Source of the DNA: a bacterium
Lineage (GTDB): Bacteria > UBA8248
Assembly (NCBI GenBank): GCA_965202625.1
Contig: CBDBBI010000010.1
Coordinates: forward strand, 1,792,001-1,856,000
DNA length: 64,000 nt
Direction: 5' to 3'
This document shows positions 28,825 through 39,070 of this stretch, one piece after another. Under the pieces are notes generated by a model. That model was not told where the DNA came from. It searched no databases and saw nothing but the letters and a program-made list of their open reading frames with translations. A program made the position numbers and the translations under genes. Position 1 is the stretch's first letter. The number at the start of each line of letters is the position of its first letter.

Positions 28825-29871
28825 TCATTCGCCCACCCGCAAAACCAGTTTTCCGCGCACATGACCCCCCTCAAGAAGGGCATGGGCCCTAGCGATGTTC
28901 TCCGCGCTCATAGGTCCCACGTCGGTGACTCTTGGCGGTTTGAGCGCATCCGCCTCTATCCAGTCTCGGATCTTATCGAGCGCTCTTTTGTAGACGCCGT
29001 AGTAGGCGGGACCGCCTCCACCGGCGGGGGCGCGCAGGAACACACTGTGAAACGAAGCGGACTTAGTGAACAAGGGACCATCCCGGGAGGAGAAAAATTC
29101 ATCGACCGGCGCGCCCGGCTCCGGAGCGATGGAAACGATTCTTCCCCAGTAGTCCACCATCTCGCAGCAGAAGTTCTTCATCTGGCGGCCCACGAAGTCG
29201 AACGTGATCGGAAAAAGACGACCGCCGTTCATCTCTATCGCCCGTCGGGACAATTCGCCGAGCGACAACCCATTATACTTCAACGCGCCGCCAGAAGCGA
29301 CGCCCATTACATCCTCAATGTATGCCGCGCTTTCATCGCTTCCCGCTGTCGCGACGATGGGAGAGACACCGATGCGCTTTAGCATTTGAAGCGCCATGGT
29401 TCCGACGCCGCCCGACGCGCCCGCCACAAGCACCGCCTCCCCCGGCTGCGCTCTCGCTTTCATCACCACTGCCTCATAGGCGGTCAACGAGACTAGCGGC
29501 AAGGCGGCCGCTTCGGCAAAAGTGGCGCTCGCCGGCTTTTTCACCACAAAAGCGGCGTGGACGCACACAAATTCCGCGTATCCATCCCCTCCACTATCGC
29601 CAAACCTCGGCAGATAGGCCATCACCTCATCACCTGGGGAGAATTCCGAGACGCCCTCGCCCACCGATTCGACCACCCCTGCGGTATCCCGCCCCAAGAC
29701 GATGGGAACCGCCCCTTGGTTGCCACCCCTTCTGGCCTTAAAATCGGTCGGGTTGACGGAAATCGCCTTTGCTCGGACTTTCACCTCCTCCGGCCCAGGC
29801 TCCCTCTCAGGCCAATCGGCGTCCTCGAAATTCTCGGTCCCGCCAAACGCTCTCAGTACGACCGCACGCAT
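28825..29871 (-). CDS. MDR-family NADP-dependent oxidoreductase (quinone reductase-like)
   Basis: SVNPTD, LGRDTAGVV, LPLVSLTA, GASGGVG and AHALLEGGHVRGKLVL. Confidence 0.88.
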   Translation of the reverse strand: MRAVVLRAFGGTENFEDADWPEREPGPEEVKVRAKAISVNPTDFKARRGGNQGAVPIVLGRDTAGVVESVGEGVSEFSPGDEVMAYLPRFGDSGGDGYAEFVCVHAAFVVKKPASATFAEAAALPLVSLTAYEAVVMKARAQPGEAVLVAGASGGVGTMALQMLKRIGVSPIVATAGSDESAAYIEDVMGVASGGALKYNGLSLGELSRRAIEMNGGRLFPITFDFVGRQMKNFCCEMVDYWGRIVSIAPEPGAPVDEFFSSRDGPLFTKSASFHSVFLRAPAGGGGPAYYGVYKRALDKIRDWIEADALKPPRVTDVGPMSAENIARAHALLEGGHVRGKLVLRVGE

Positions 29872-29883
29872 TCCCGCCCTCCG

Positions 29884-30687
29884 CTAGACCATCCAGGCAC
29901 CGCCCGCGAGGAGCAGTCCCTGGCCCGTGACGTTGCGGCTCTCGTCGCTCGCGAGATAGACCGCCATGTGTCCCACGTCATCAGGCGTCTGCTCGCGCCC
30001 CAGCGGAACCGCCGCTTCGACGAACTCATCAAACACCCGTCTGGCAGGCCGATCCGTCTCCGCCCCGATGATCACGCCGTGACCCTTCTCCCAAAGATTC
30101 GTCCACAACAGCCCGGGGTTAATGGCGTTGACGTTCACGTTGTGCGGTGCCATCTCCTTGGCGAGGCTCATCGTCAAGTTCATGCACGCCGCCTTTGAGG
30201 CGCAATAGTGTGGAACGTTCTCGTTCGCGCGCCTTGACGCGAGCGATGCCAAATTGATGATCTTTCCATACTTGTGCGCGCGCATGTGTGGAGCGACGGC
30301 GCGGCACATCAAGAACACGCCCGTCGCGTTCACCTTGAAAACGGCTTCCCACTCCTCGAGCGTGATCCTCTCTATGGGGTTTCCCATCAGTGCCGATGCT
30401 CTTCCGTGACAATTCACCAAAATGTCGATGCGCCCCATTCGTTCAACCGCCCTTCGAACGACGTTCTCCGCGTCGACCTCGTTCGTCACGTCGGCGGACA
30501 AGGCGAGATGCGCCCCCTCGCCGGCATCATCAAGCCCCTGTTGTGCCACCTCCTCGCTGATGTCAACCACGCAAACGCGCGCGCCCTCACGAGAGAAGGC
30601 GCGAATGATGCCTCGTCCGATTCCACCGCCTCCACCTGTGACGACCGCCTTCTTTCCCTCTAAACGCATTCGAATTCCCTCCTCCAT
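29884..30687 (-). CDS. SDR family oxidoreductase
   Basis: TGGGGGIG, YCASK catalytic motif, NAINPG and NVTGQ. Confidence 0.9.
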   Translation of the reverse strand: MEEGIRMRLEGKKAVVTGGGGGIGRGIIRAFSREGARVCVVDISEEVAQQGLDDAGEGAHLALSADVTNEVDAENVVRRAVERMGRIDILVNCHGRASALMGNPIERITLEEWEAVFKVNATGVFLMCRAVAPHMRAHKYGKIINLASLASRRANENVPHYCASKAACMNLTMSLAKEMAPHNVNVNAINPGLLWTNLWEKGHGVIIGAETDRPARRVFDEFVEAAVPLGREQTPDDVGHMAVYLASDESRNVTGQGLLLAGGAWMV

Positions 30688-30949
30688 GAAATCCTCTTTC
30701 GCACATCCAGAAAAACCCCCGCGCATATTGTAAGGCTGAACGCGGATTACACGTTTGAGGCGTTGCTTTTCGCCATTGTAGCAAGAATACGAAGGGGCGA
30801 ATATCCCAAACCCCATCTGGAAACTTCATCCCTCGGGAGGGTTTCCCCCGCGCGGGGAGAATGATATTCTCACGCTGCTTCAAACGCTTTTGAGAGAATG
30901 ACAATATCGAACGTTCCGAAAATATCTCGGCAAACGACAGGAGCATGGC

Positions 30950-31384
30950 ATGTCTTTGATAAAAATGACGAAAGAATCCATCGACGTCGGCATCGTGGTG
31001 CAAGATCTAGAAGTCGCCGAGAAGTTCTATGGCGGCGTCTTAGGCCTTCCGATCGTGCGCGAGGTCGAGATCACCGAGGAGCAAGCCAGGCAGGCCGGTT
31101 GCGCTTCGGGAAGATTCGAGTTCAAGGCGTTCCAAGCCGGCGAGGTGCAACTCAAAGTTGTTCAAGCGGATTCAAACCCGCCCGCAGGCGGCGGAATCGT
31201 CGATAAATCAACCGGATACCGTTACCTAACGTTCACCGTGGAGAGCGTCCAAGAAGCCCGCGAAGCCCTAGCGGCGGCGGGCGTGACGCTGATGGGCAAA
31301 ATCACCGAGGTCGTGCCAGGCCGATTCATCATCTTCTTTCAAGACCCCGACGGAAACATGCTGGAGTGCGTTGGCCCCAGATAA
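30950..31384 (+). CDS. VOC/glyoxalase family protein
   Basis: VGIVVQDLE..KFYGGVLG and FFQDPDGNMLE; AGGAG RBS. Confidence 0.88.
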   Translation: MSLIKMTKESIDVGIVVQDLEVAEKFYGGVLGLPIVREVEITEEQARQAGCASGRFEFKAFQAGEVQLKVVQADSNPPAGGGIVDKSTGYRYLTFTVESVQEAREALAAAGVTLMGKITEVVPGRFIIFFQDPDGNMLECVGPR

Positions 31385-31661
31385 GCGTTATCCGAGCACC
31401 CCGCTCCTCCATTGAGAAACGGACGCGGAGACGCTCTGAAAACCCGAAGTCCCGGGCCGGGCGGAAGTTCGGAAAATGCGCGTTCTCCGGAAACGCCTGG
31501 GGAAATCCGCCAAAGGGGATATTTTTTTCTTCTCCCTCGCAGTTGCGAACGTCCATCCCTGAAGTGGCGATCAAAAAACGCCCATCCAAGGCAGGTCAAG
31601 GGAGTGAAAACGCAAATTTCTCTTGACGGGGACGGTGGAAAGGGTCGACGGCGGGCGCGCC

Positions 31662-32603
31662 TCAAGTCGAGAAGACGTTGCGCTTCGAGATGGATTCTGA
31701 GTCGACCTCGCAAGCGCCGCGCGTGTCGATTCTCAGCACGTGCATCCGGCATCCGATGCCGCGCGATTGATAGACCTTCCACATCGCATTACCCACTTTT
31801 CCAGGGTTGTCCCTACAAATCGCCAAAACGCAAGGTCCCGCACCGCTAACGCACACGCCCAGCGCGCCCGCTTCATATGCCGCCTGGAAGACTTCATCCA
31901 GCGGACCCATCAACTCCGCACGGTAGGGCTGGTGGAGCCTGTCCTGCATGGCGTCTCGAAACAAATCGTCCCGGCCGGTGGCGAATGCCGACATGAGCGC
32001 GCCCACGCGCTGAACATTGAAAACCGCATCCTTCAATGGAACCTGCTCGGGCAGCTTTCCTCTTGCAGCCTGCGTGCTCACCTCAAATGCGGGGACCACG
32101 ATCACCCATCGGTAGCGCGACACCACGGGCATTCGCGCGTAGATGGCCTTTCCACCCGAGGTGGTCGCCGAAACGCAGCCCCCTCCCATCAGCGCGGGCA
32201 CCACATTGTCGGGGTGCCCCTCCATTTCTACGGCGATTTGAACAAGCTCATCCATGCAAAGGGGGCCACCGAGCAGGATGTTCGCCCCCACGATTCCGCC
32301 TACTATGGCGGCCGAACTGCTCCCTAGTCCCCGCGCGAGCGGTATGTGGTTGCGCTGCTTCATCCACAAGCCGGTGAAGGGCTTTTTCACCCGCTCATAC
32401 ACTCGCTTCACGGCCTGAACGCAAACGTTCGACTCATCTTTGGGGATGACGTCCCGACCCTCTCCTTCCACTTGAAGCACCACGCCCCAAGGGAGACTGT
32501 CCAGCTCCACACGATTGTAGATCCGCAAAGCGACGCCCAAGGCATCAAAACCCGGGCCCAAATTCGTCGTGCTCGCCGGAACCTGTACGCGCACCAAGGC
32601 CAA
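31662..32603 (-). CDS. thrB: Homoserine kinase
   Basis: PASTTNLGPGFD, IPLARGLGSS, EGHPDN, DRLHQPYR and SGAGP. Confidence 0.95.
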   Translation of the reverse strand: MALVRVQVPASTTNLGPGFDALGVALRIYNRVELDSLPWGVVLQVEGEGRDVIPKDESNVCVQAVKRVYERVKKPFTGLWMKQRNHIPLARGLGSSSAAIVGGIVGANILLGGPLCMDELVQIAVEMEGHPDNVVPALMGGGCVSATTSGGKAIYARMPVVSRYRWVIVVPAFEVSTQAARGKLPEQVPLKDAVFNVQRVGALMSAFATGRDDLFRDAMQDRLHQPYRAELMGPLDEVFQAAYEAGALGVCVSGAGPCVLAICRDNPGKVGNAMWKVYQSRGIGCRMHVLRIDTRGACEVDSESISKRNVFST

Positions 32604-32624
32604 AACGGCTTCCTCAAAAAAACG

Positions 32625-33206
32625 CTAATGAGACCGGACGTCTTCCGATAGGGCGAAAGCGCAACCCGTTTTTCTCATTTCCTCAATGGCGTTTTCCCCA
32701 TCTTGCGGGTGGAGGTTCACCGCTTTGATGGCGTCTTCCATCAAGACCACGTCAAACCCCTCACGTTTGCCGTCAAGCACCGTGGCGCGCACGCAATAAT
32801 CCGTCGCTAGACCACAAACGAAAAGCCGCCGGATTCCCCTACCTCGCAAATCATCGGCAAGCGAAGTTCCATCAAACCCGGAATACGCCTCGGCGTCTCT
32901 GGCGGTGGCCTTGGACACGACCAAGTCCACTCTAGCGGCGGGCATTCGTGGATGAAAAGCCGCACCCGAGGTTTCGGCCACGCAATGAACGGGCCAAATT
33001 CCACCTCGTGTTTGAAACGATACGTGATCCGGAGGGTGCCAATCCCGAGTCGCCACCTTCCAGCAGAGCGGCGTCTCCAAAAGCCTGTTCACCGGCGAGA
33101 CGACCGCATCACCGCCGGGGACGGCGAGCGCGCCACCTGGGCAAAAATCCACTTGCAGATCGACGATGAGGAGAGCATCTTCCGCACTTGGCGAATATTT
33201 CGGCAT
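32625..33206 (-). CDS. pncA: Nicotinamidase/pyrazinamidase
   Basis: VDLQVDFCPGGAL, DWHP..H, WPVHC, YSGF and GLATDYCV. Confidence 0.93.
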   Translation of the reverse strand: MPKYSPSAEDALLIVDLQVDFCPGGALAVPGGDAVVSPVNRLLETPLCWKVATRDWHPPDHVSFQTRGGIWPVHCVAETSGAAFHPRMPAARVDLVVSKATARDAEAYSGFDGTSLADDLRGRGIRRLFVCGLATDYCVRATVLDGKREGFDVVLMEDAIKAVNLHPQDGENAIEEMRKTGCAFALSEDVRSH

Positions 33207-33433
33207 GGTTGCGCGATTTCTCCCGCCAGCTCCATATTTAGGTCCAGCGCGAAATGACCTGGTGGAATCTCTCAGCGAGGCCCGCCGGCTTCTTCTCTCT
33301 TTTCAAGCCCTGCGGAACGCGACGCCCCTCTCCATCAAGAACGCATCATTGGGAAAATGCAATTTCTCCTCCGGCATTGTCGCGACGCGTTCATGCTCTC
33401 GCGCCTTGAAACAAAACGGTAAAAACAAAGCCC

Positions 33434-34261
33434 CTATTCTTCCGCTTGCAGCTTCAAATGCCATACTTTTCCATTCAAACCCCGGCGAATGGCAACGCTC
33501 ATGCCCAAGGGATGGGACCGAAAAACATCCTCAAAAAAATCCACCGTCCGAATCTCTTTTCCTTCCGCCTTAAATATAACGTCTCCTCGCCGAAGTCCCG
33601 CCTTCGACGCCGGGGTACCCTCCCGGACCTGAGATACCAAAAGTCCGTCCTCCCCTCTCCCCCCAAAGAAACGCGCCAGAGAGGGCGTCATCCTTTGAAG
33701 AGCGAGCCCCAGCTTTTTCCGATGCGTATGTTCGCGCTCCATCTGGATTCCAGACTTCATCACGATTGACTTGACGTATATCGGAGATTTCACTTTCAAG
33801 GCCAGCGCGATGGCGTCTGACGGCCGGCTGTCAATGAAAAATTTCTTCCCCATCCCCTCCATCTCGATAAAGGCGAAATAGACCCCTCCCCTCAGCTCCG
33901 TGATGACCACCCGGAGGATTCTCACATCCAGGTTCCCGATGATGTTTCGCATCAAGTCGTGCGCCATCGGGCGAGGCGGGGCGACTTTCTTAAGTGCCAT
34001 GAGAATCGCCTGCGCCTCCGCCGCCCCGATCCATATCGGTAGCAAAACACTCCCCTTTTTCTCCTCCAACAGCACGACGGGCTGGCGATTCCTTTGATCG
34101 ACCATAACATCCCTCACCTGCACCAAGCGAAGTTCGGAGGAGGTCGGCTGCGCGTTTGCCGGGTGCGCAAGAATGCTGAAAACAGCGGAAACGAGAAAAA
34201 AGGCATAGGATGACAACTTTTTGCGCGGCATACCCTTAGGACTCCTGATCGCCTCGCCCAC
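33434..34261 (-). CDS. Bifunctional nuclease (DUF151) domain + C-terminal PDZ domain, with N-terminal signal-like segment
   Basis: LPIWIG..EA.AI, PRPMAHDL and DSRPSDAIALAL; PDZ LGLALQ..GLLVSQV..GTPASKAGLRRGDVI; alternative start ATG 34231. Confidence 0.85.
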   Translation of the reverse strand: MGEAIRSPKGMPRKKLSSYAFFLVSAVFSILAHPANAQPTSSELRLVQVRDVMVDQRNRQPVVLLEEKKGSVLLPIWIGAAEAQAILMALKKVAPPRPMAHDLMRNIIGNLDVRILRVVITELRGGVYFAFIEMEGMGKKFFIDSRPSDAIALALKVKSPIYVKSIVMKSGIQMEREHTHRKKLGLALQRMTPSLARFFGGRGEDGLLVSQVREGTPASKAGLRRGDVIFKAEGKEIRTVDFFEDVFRSHPLGMSVAIRRGLNGKVWHLKLQAEE

Positions 34262-34285
34262 GTCCGTGAAGCGGAAGCGTTCGTT

Positions 34286-34747
34286 CTAGCGCGCGGATTC
34301 TATCGGGAGTCGAAACGCGCACTCCGGAATAGACGTATCCACCCTCTGCCCCGATTTTTCTTCTACCTTGATCTCAAAAATTCCATCGCAGTTGGCATCA
34401 AGAAGCGTCATGTCGTATGGATATCTGCCATCCGCATCCACGTTGATCGCGAAAACGAGATCGTTGATAGAGAACGTCTCAAACTGAAAACCCCACTCAT
34501 CAAGATATTGCTTGATCAGGGTTTCCTCTCCCGGAATGCGTCTGGTCAGGTCCCGCCTAACCCATCCCAGAAAACGAGAGCGTCGAAGCTCAGGCGTGTC
34601 GAAGCCCTCGGGCCTTTTCTCCACAGGGCCGCCCTCCGACTTCACGGTAGACCCGAATCCGTTTCCAGAGCCAAGGAGTGCCGCCGCCAGAAAGACGCAA
34701 ACGCATATTCGAGAAAACCTCATGCTCACCAAAAACTCCCCCAGCAT
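34286..34747 (-). CDS. Hypothetical exported protein
   Basis: Signal-like N-terminus; C-terminal DANCDGIFE..IPEC; co-oriented with the downstream DUF151 gene. Confidence 0.6.
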   Translation of the reverse strand: MLGEFLVSMRFSRICVCVFLAAALLGSGNGFGSTVKSEGGPVEKRPEGFDTPELRRSRFLGWVRRDLTRRIPGEETLIKQYLDEWGFQFETFSINDLVFAINVDADGRYPYDMTLLDANCDGIFEIKVEEKSGQRVDTSIPECAFRLPIESAR

Positions 34748-34983
34748 AATGTAAAATCAGCCGAACCGGAACCCATAGAGATTAGCATCCGCATACGTCG
34801 CGTTCAAGATACATATTTTCAGATCTCCAACAACGCGCGAAAGGTCGCGATTCTCCCGATGCGTTTTGATATTTGGGGGAAGCGGTCTATTCTTCACTCC
34901 ATCATCCCTTCACGGAACCCGGCGGGGCCGTCAGGCACGCGCCGGGAGGCGAGCATCGCGACAATTCGCAAGGAGGCGACTTC

Positions 34984-35337
34984 ATGACAACAGCGCAAAG
35001 AAAGGCACGGCTCATCCGACCGGAGGAGCGCGCATCCGAGGGCATGATCGGCGGCGCGAGCCACAGGGCCATCGTGTCGAAGGCGGACGATGGGGTTGAC
35101 CTCACCGTCTACTACTCGCGGATACAGCCGGGACAAACGCACGATTGGCATCATCACGAGGAGGACGAGGTCATATTCTGCGTGAGCGGAACGGGGAGAT
35201 ATGATCTCGATGACGGGACGATCAACTATGGCCCTAGGCAATTCATCTTCATGCCCAAGGGAACGCGCCACTGCAACAACTGCGTGGGCGAGGAAGACGT
35301 GATGCTCGTGGCCATCTTCCAGCCGGGCCGCGCATAA
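34984..35337 (+). CDS. Cupin domain protein
   Basis: WHHHEEDEVIFCVSG and MPKGTRH motifs; AGGAGG RBS before ATG 34984. Confidence 0.88.
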   Translation: MTTAQRKARLIRPEERASEGMIGGASHRAIVSKADDGVDLTVYYSRIQPGQTHDWHHHEEDEVIFCVSGTGRYDLDDGTINYGPRQFIFMPKGTRHCNNCVGEEDVMLVAIFQPGRA

Positions 35338-35399
35338 AAACCACTTCCTCTCAAGCGGCGAAAGCAGGTTAAGGGGAAAGGATGTTCACGAGGGCAAAG

Positions 35400-36180
35400 A
35401 TGGACCCCATGCGAAAGATCATCGCGTATTACGCGACGCTTCGGTATGGGGACTTGCCCGCAGAAACTGTTCAGACCGCCAGAGCTCTCATCATCGATTC
35501 TCTCGCGTGTGCCCCCCTAGCCGGCGCATCCTCGCCCCCCTGAACCCCGAGCTCGTCGAGCGTCACGCACGCTGGGGAGGCGCACCCGAGGCTACGGTCC
35601 TGGTATTCGGCCATCAGACATTACCCAGAACCACATTCTCGTCGCGATTTTGCCCGCCCTCCTCGCAGCCGGCGAGAGTCGCGGGCGAGCGATGCCAGGG
35701 CAGGAAGTCATCACGGCTCTGGTGGGCGCCGCGGGGCATCACCCTCAGGCTGAACTCCGTTGTCCACGAAACCATTCATCCAGGCTGGCTACCCACCCAT
35801 GGTGTTCGGTTCCGTCTCGGCCGGCATGGCCGCCGCGCGCGCTCTGGGGCTCGATGCGGCGGGGTTCGGCTACGTCCAATCACACGGAAACCGACAGGCA
35901 CTGCTCGACGGCGCAATCGCCAAGCGCTTACAACCCGCCTTCAGCACGCGGGCGGCCGCCCACGCGGCGGCTTTGGCGTAAACTGGCGCCGCCGGCCCCA
36001 AACGCATCCTTGCGGGAGCGAACGACATCATCGCGTTTTACGGCGGCGCAGGGGATGCGGGCGCACTCAAGAAAGGGCTGGGCGAGGAATTCCACGTCGC
36101 CTGAATCAGCATAAAGCCCTACCCGAGCTGCCGGGCTACCCATACCCATCCGCACGTCAGCGCGGCTCTCGAAGCACGCG
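35400..36180 (+). pseudogene. MmgE/PrpD family protein, decayed and 3'-truncated
   Basis: YGDLPAETVQTARALIIDSLAC, LPALLAAGE..GQEVITAL, AAARALGLD and IKPYPSCRATH in shifting frames with stops. Confidence 0.8.
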
Positions 36181-36184
36181 AGCA

Positions 36185-36368
36185 ACTCCCGCCATTCCTT
36201 GACGAGTGCGCGCAGTGGATCGACGAGCCTGTTCGGTGAGGGACGCCGGTAGGTCTTGATCTCCGCCGGATGCCCCTCCGCCGCGCGGACCCGGTGCTTG
36301 TCCGGCTCCTCCCAGGGGGCGAAAAGGGGCGCCGCAGCGGCAGGGTTGACGACCGGCGTTGGGTTCAT
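36185..36368 (-). pseudogene. 5' remnant of a type III restriction (Res) subunit
   Basis: ATGA overlap with the mod stop codon; PLFAPWEEP..HR..RRPS..LV..LRALVKEWRE resembles Res N-termini, then runs into antisense MmgE sequence. Confidence 0.6.
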
Positions 36369-38336
36369 ACCTGCACCTCGAGAGTGATGCTGGTATCGCA
36401 GCCGAACACGTCCACCACTTTAATGCAGGCGGTGTGCCTGCCTGCGCTCTCGTAGGAGAAGTGCGCGTCGCTCACCGTCTTGAGGCTTCTGTCCTTTCGC
36501 GTGCGGTAGTCCTGCCAGTGGTGGTGGAAGGGCTGGCCCGGCGCCCAATCGAAATCAACCGCCCAGAAGTCGATGAAGTCAAACCCGTTTTCAACCGCCC
36601 GCTCCTCGAGCGCCTCCAGTTCTTTGGCGGGAACCTCCGTCAGAGAGGGAATGAAGCGGGTGAGCTTCACGTCGATCGTCTCGTCTTTCCGGATAACCTG
36701 CTCGGCGGTGAGTGCCGCCATCTCGTAAAACGGCGGAATTTCCACCCGGTTCTTTTCCATGATCTCTCTGGGAATGCGGCGCAGGCGCATTTTGAGGTCG
36801 AGCTCCGCCTCTATGGCGGCGACGGATTGATGGACGTCCATCTCGAAATCCCATGCCAGGCAGTTCACCTCGCACCCGCCCGCCGCCTTGGCGGCTTTGG
36901 CGACTTCCGCCGCCTCCTCCCTCGTGAAAATGCCGTCAATGCCGTCCACGTGAACGAAGGCGCCGCCTTTTCGCCCATGTATGAGCGGAGAGGGCGCGTC
37001 GTTCAGAATTTCCGCGCGGAAGAATTGAAGGACGAGGGCGCGGTGCTCCCCATCCGCCCCGTTCAGGGTCTCGCGCTGCCACCACTGCCGCTCGTAGCGG
37101 CCGAGGTTATACACGTCGAAGGAGCGATAGGGCCTGTCCTCCCTATACACCTCCCGCTGAATCCCTATCATGCGCTTGCGCGTCGTGTGAACGGCGAAGC
37201 GCCCGAAATCCGCGCATATCCACCGGCGGCCCAGCTTCTCCGCAACCGCCGCCGTCGTGCCCGAACCGCAAAAGAAATCCGCCACCAGATCCCCCTCGTT
37301 CGAGGACGCATTGATGATGCGTTCAAGAAGGGCTTCCGGCTTTTGGGTCGGGTAGCCGAGGCGTTGCGGATCGCGTTGTTGTATATGACTTATGTCTGTC
37401 CAGACATCGGCTGGTGTGATCTTCTCATCATCATAATACTTGTAAATTTTTCCTGCTGATTTGATACTCCAGTTTTCAATCCAGCGGAGAGCCGTCTGGC
37501 ATCTCGGTAGCCCCCCGATGGCGCTTTTTCACCATATCCTAAATCATAGACGTAGCCTCCACCTCCAGGGTTATCTATTGGCCCACTTCGGTATCGTCCC
37601 TTTTCGTCAGAATCCAACGATACAGTTTTTGACTTGCGTCACTGTATTCTTGAAACACATCGTTCCACCGTAGTCCGCCTTTGCGGTAGAAGAAAAGTTT
37701 TTCTTGGCGTCCACCGCTTTGATAATGCCAAATAATCTCATTTCTAAAATTTTCCTTGCCAAAAACTTCATCCAAAACGTTTCGCAAATAACCACTCACC
37801 CGCCAGTCGCAATGCACATAGATGCTTCCGTCCTCGGCGAGCAGTTCCCGCATGAGAGCCAGACGCTCGGACATCATGGCGAGGTAGGAGTCCGTCCCCT
37901 TTCCCCACGTGTCCCGATATGCCACGAACTCCAGCAGGGATTGCTCCTTGGCGACCGCCTCCCTCCCCTCTCCTATCCCCGCCTGAAAGGTGAAGTCCGC
38001 GCCCACGTCGAAGGGCGGGTCGATGTAGATGAGGCGTATCTTCCCCCGAAACTCCTCCAGCAGGGAGGCCATCACCAGCCTGTTGTCCCCCCAGATGAGG
38101 CGGTTTCTGAAACCATCCCGATGGGCACTCCCCGCATCGAACAACTCCCCCTGGGCCGCCGCGCGCGAGCGGGGCTCGTCTATCGTCTCTATCTTCTGAA
38201 ACGGCATGGCGCGGCCGGCGACGTCCGCCTCCCGACGGTTGCCGAACTCGTCGTATTTCCCCTCCCAGACGAGCTCCGTCTTCATCCGGAAGAGCGGATG
38301 CGGATTGTGCGGGCCAAAAGCGGGCTTGTCGCTCAT
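36365..38336 (-). pseudogene. Type III-like adenine DNA methyltransferase (Mod), frameshifted in the target-recognition region
   Basis: N-part TELVWEGKY, LIWGDN, IYIDPPF, YVHCDWR, FRNEIIW; C-part YPTQKPEALLERII, DFFCGSGTT, KVVDVFG; frame breaks between ~37690 and ~37490. Confidence 0.85.
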
Positions 38337-38529
38337 GGAAAACGAATCTCGCTTGCGGAATCATTCAGGGGATACACCAGCAGAGGATAGCACGACGCGC
38401 ATTTCGGCGGAAACGGTGTAACCGGACAAAAATCATTGCGCATGGCCTGGAAAAATAGCGGATTTTCCGGAGCGTAAAACGCCCGGAAAAAGAACGTTGA
38501 AAAAACCTCTCAAAGCAGGTCGTCGAGCG

Positions 38530-38960
38530 TGATGGCCGCGAGGGCGTCCGGTGGTCTCAGAGGATACCATGCTCGGATATTCCCAACCCAGATCGGCATC
38601 ATCAGCATTGGGAGCACCATGCGCCTTCCCGCGACGATTCCCAGACTCGCCAGATGGTATATGCTCTCCGGCGAACTGATAAACGCGCAAGAGGCGTATC
38701 GCTTGGGTCTCGTGATGAAATGAGCCAAAAACGGCGCGCTTCTCGACGCGGCGGCTACGATGACCAACCATATCATCAAGTGCTCGCCGATGTCGGTCCA
38801 ACACACAAGAAGGAGATTGCCGTCGCCGCCAACGTATCCATGTACGAGGGTTATCAGCTCTGTCGGCCTATCAGGAACCGCTTCTATCAAACACCGGACT
38901 ATCAGGAAGGAAAAAACACGTTCATGGAAAAACGAAAGCCCAAGTGGAAAACTGCTGAGC
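38530..38960 (+). pseudogene. Enoyl-CoA hydratase/isomerase remnant
   Basis: Fragments MRLPATIP..MLSGELINAQEAYRLGLV*, SPMSVQ and TPDYQEGKNTFMEKRKPKW in different frames; 5' part missing. Confidence 0.75.
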
Positions 38961-39070
38961 CACTCCGCTCAACGAGCGGGGGCGAGCGTTTCTCCTTGCA
39001 CCCAGAGCCGGGGGGATAGTCTGGCTTGAAGGACGAGGCGCATCAACCACCCTTGCGTCAGAGAACGCGC

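Noticed and set aside
31385-31661. ncRNA or gene in the VOC-thrB convergent gap
   Set aside because: ORFs lack motifs and RBS; no strong stems or known RNA consensus recognised
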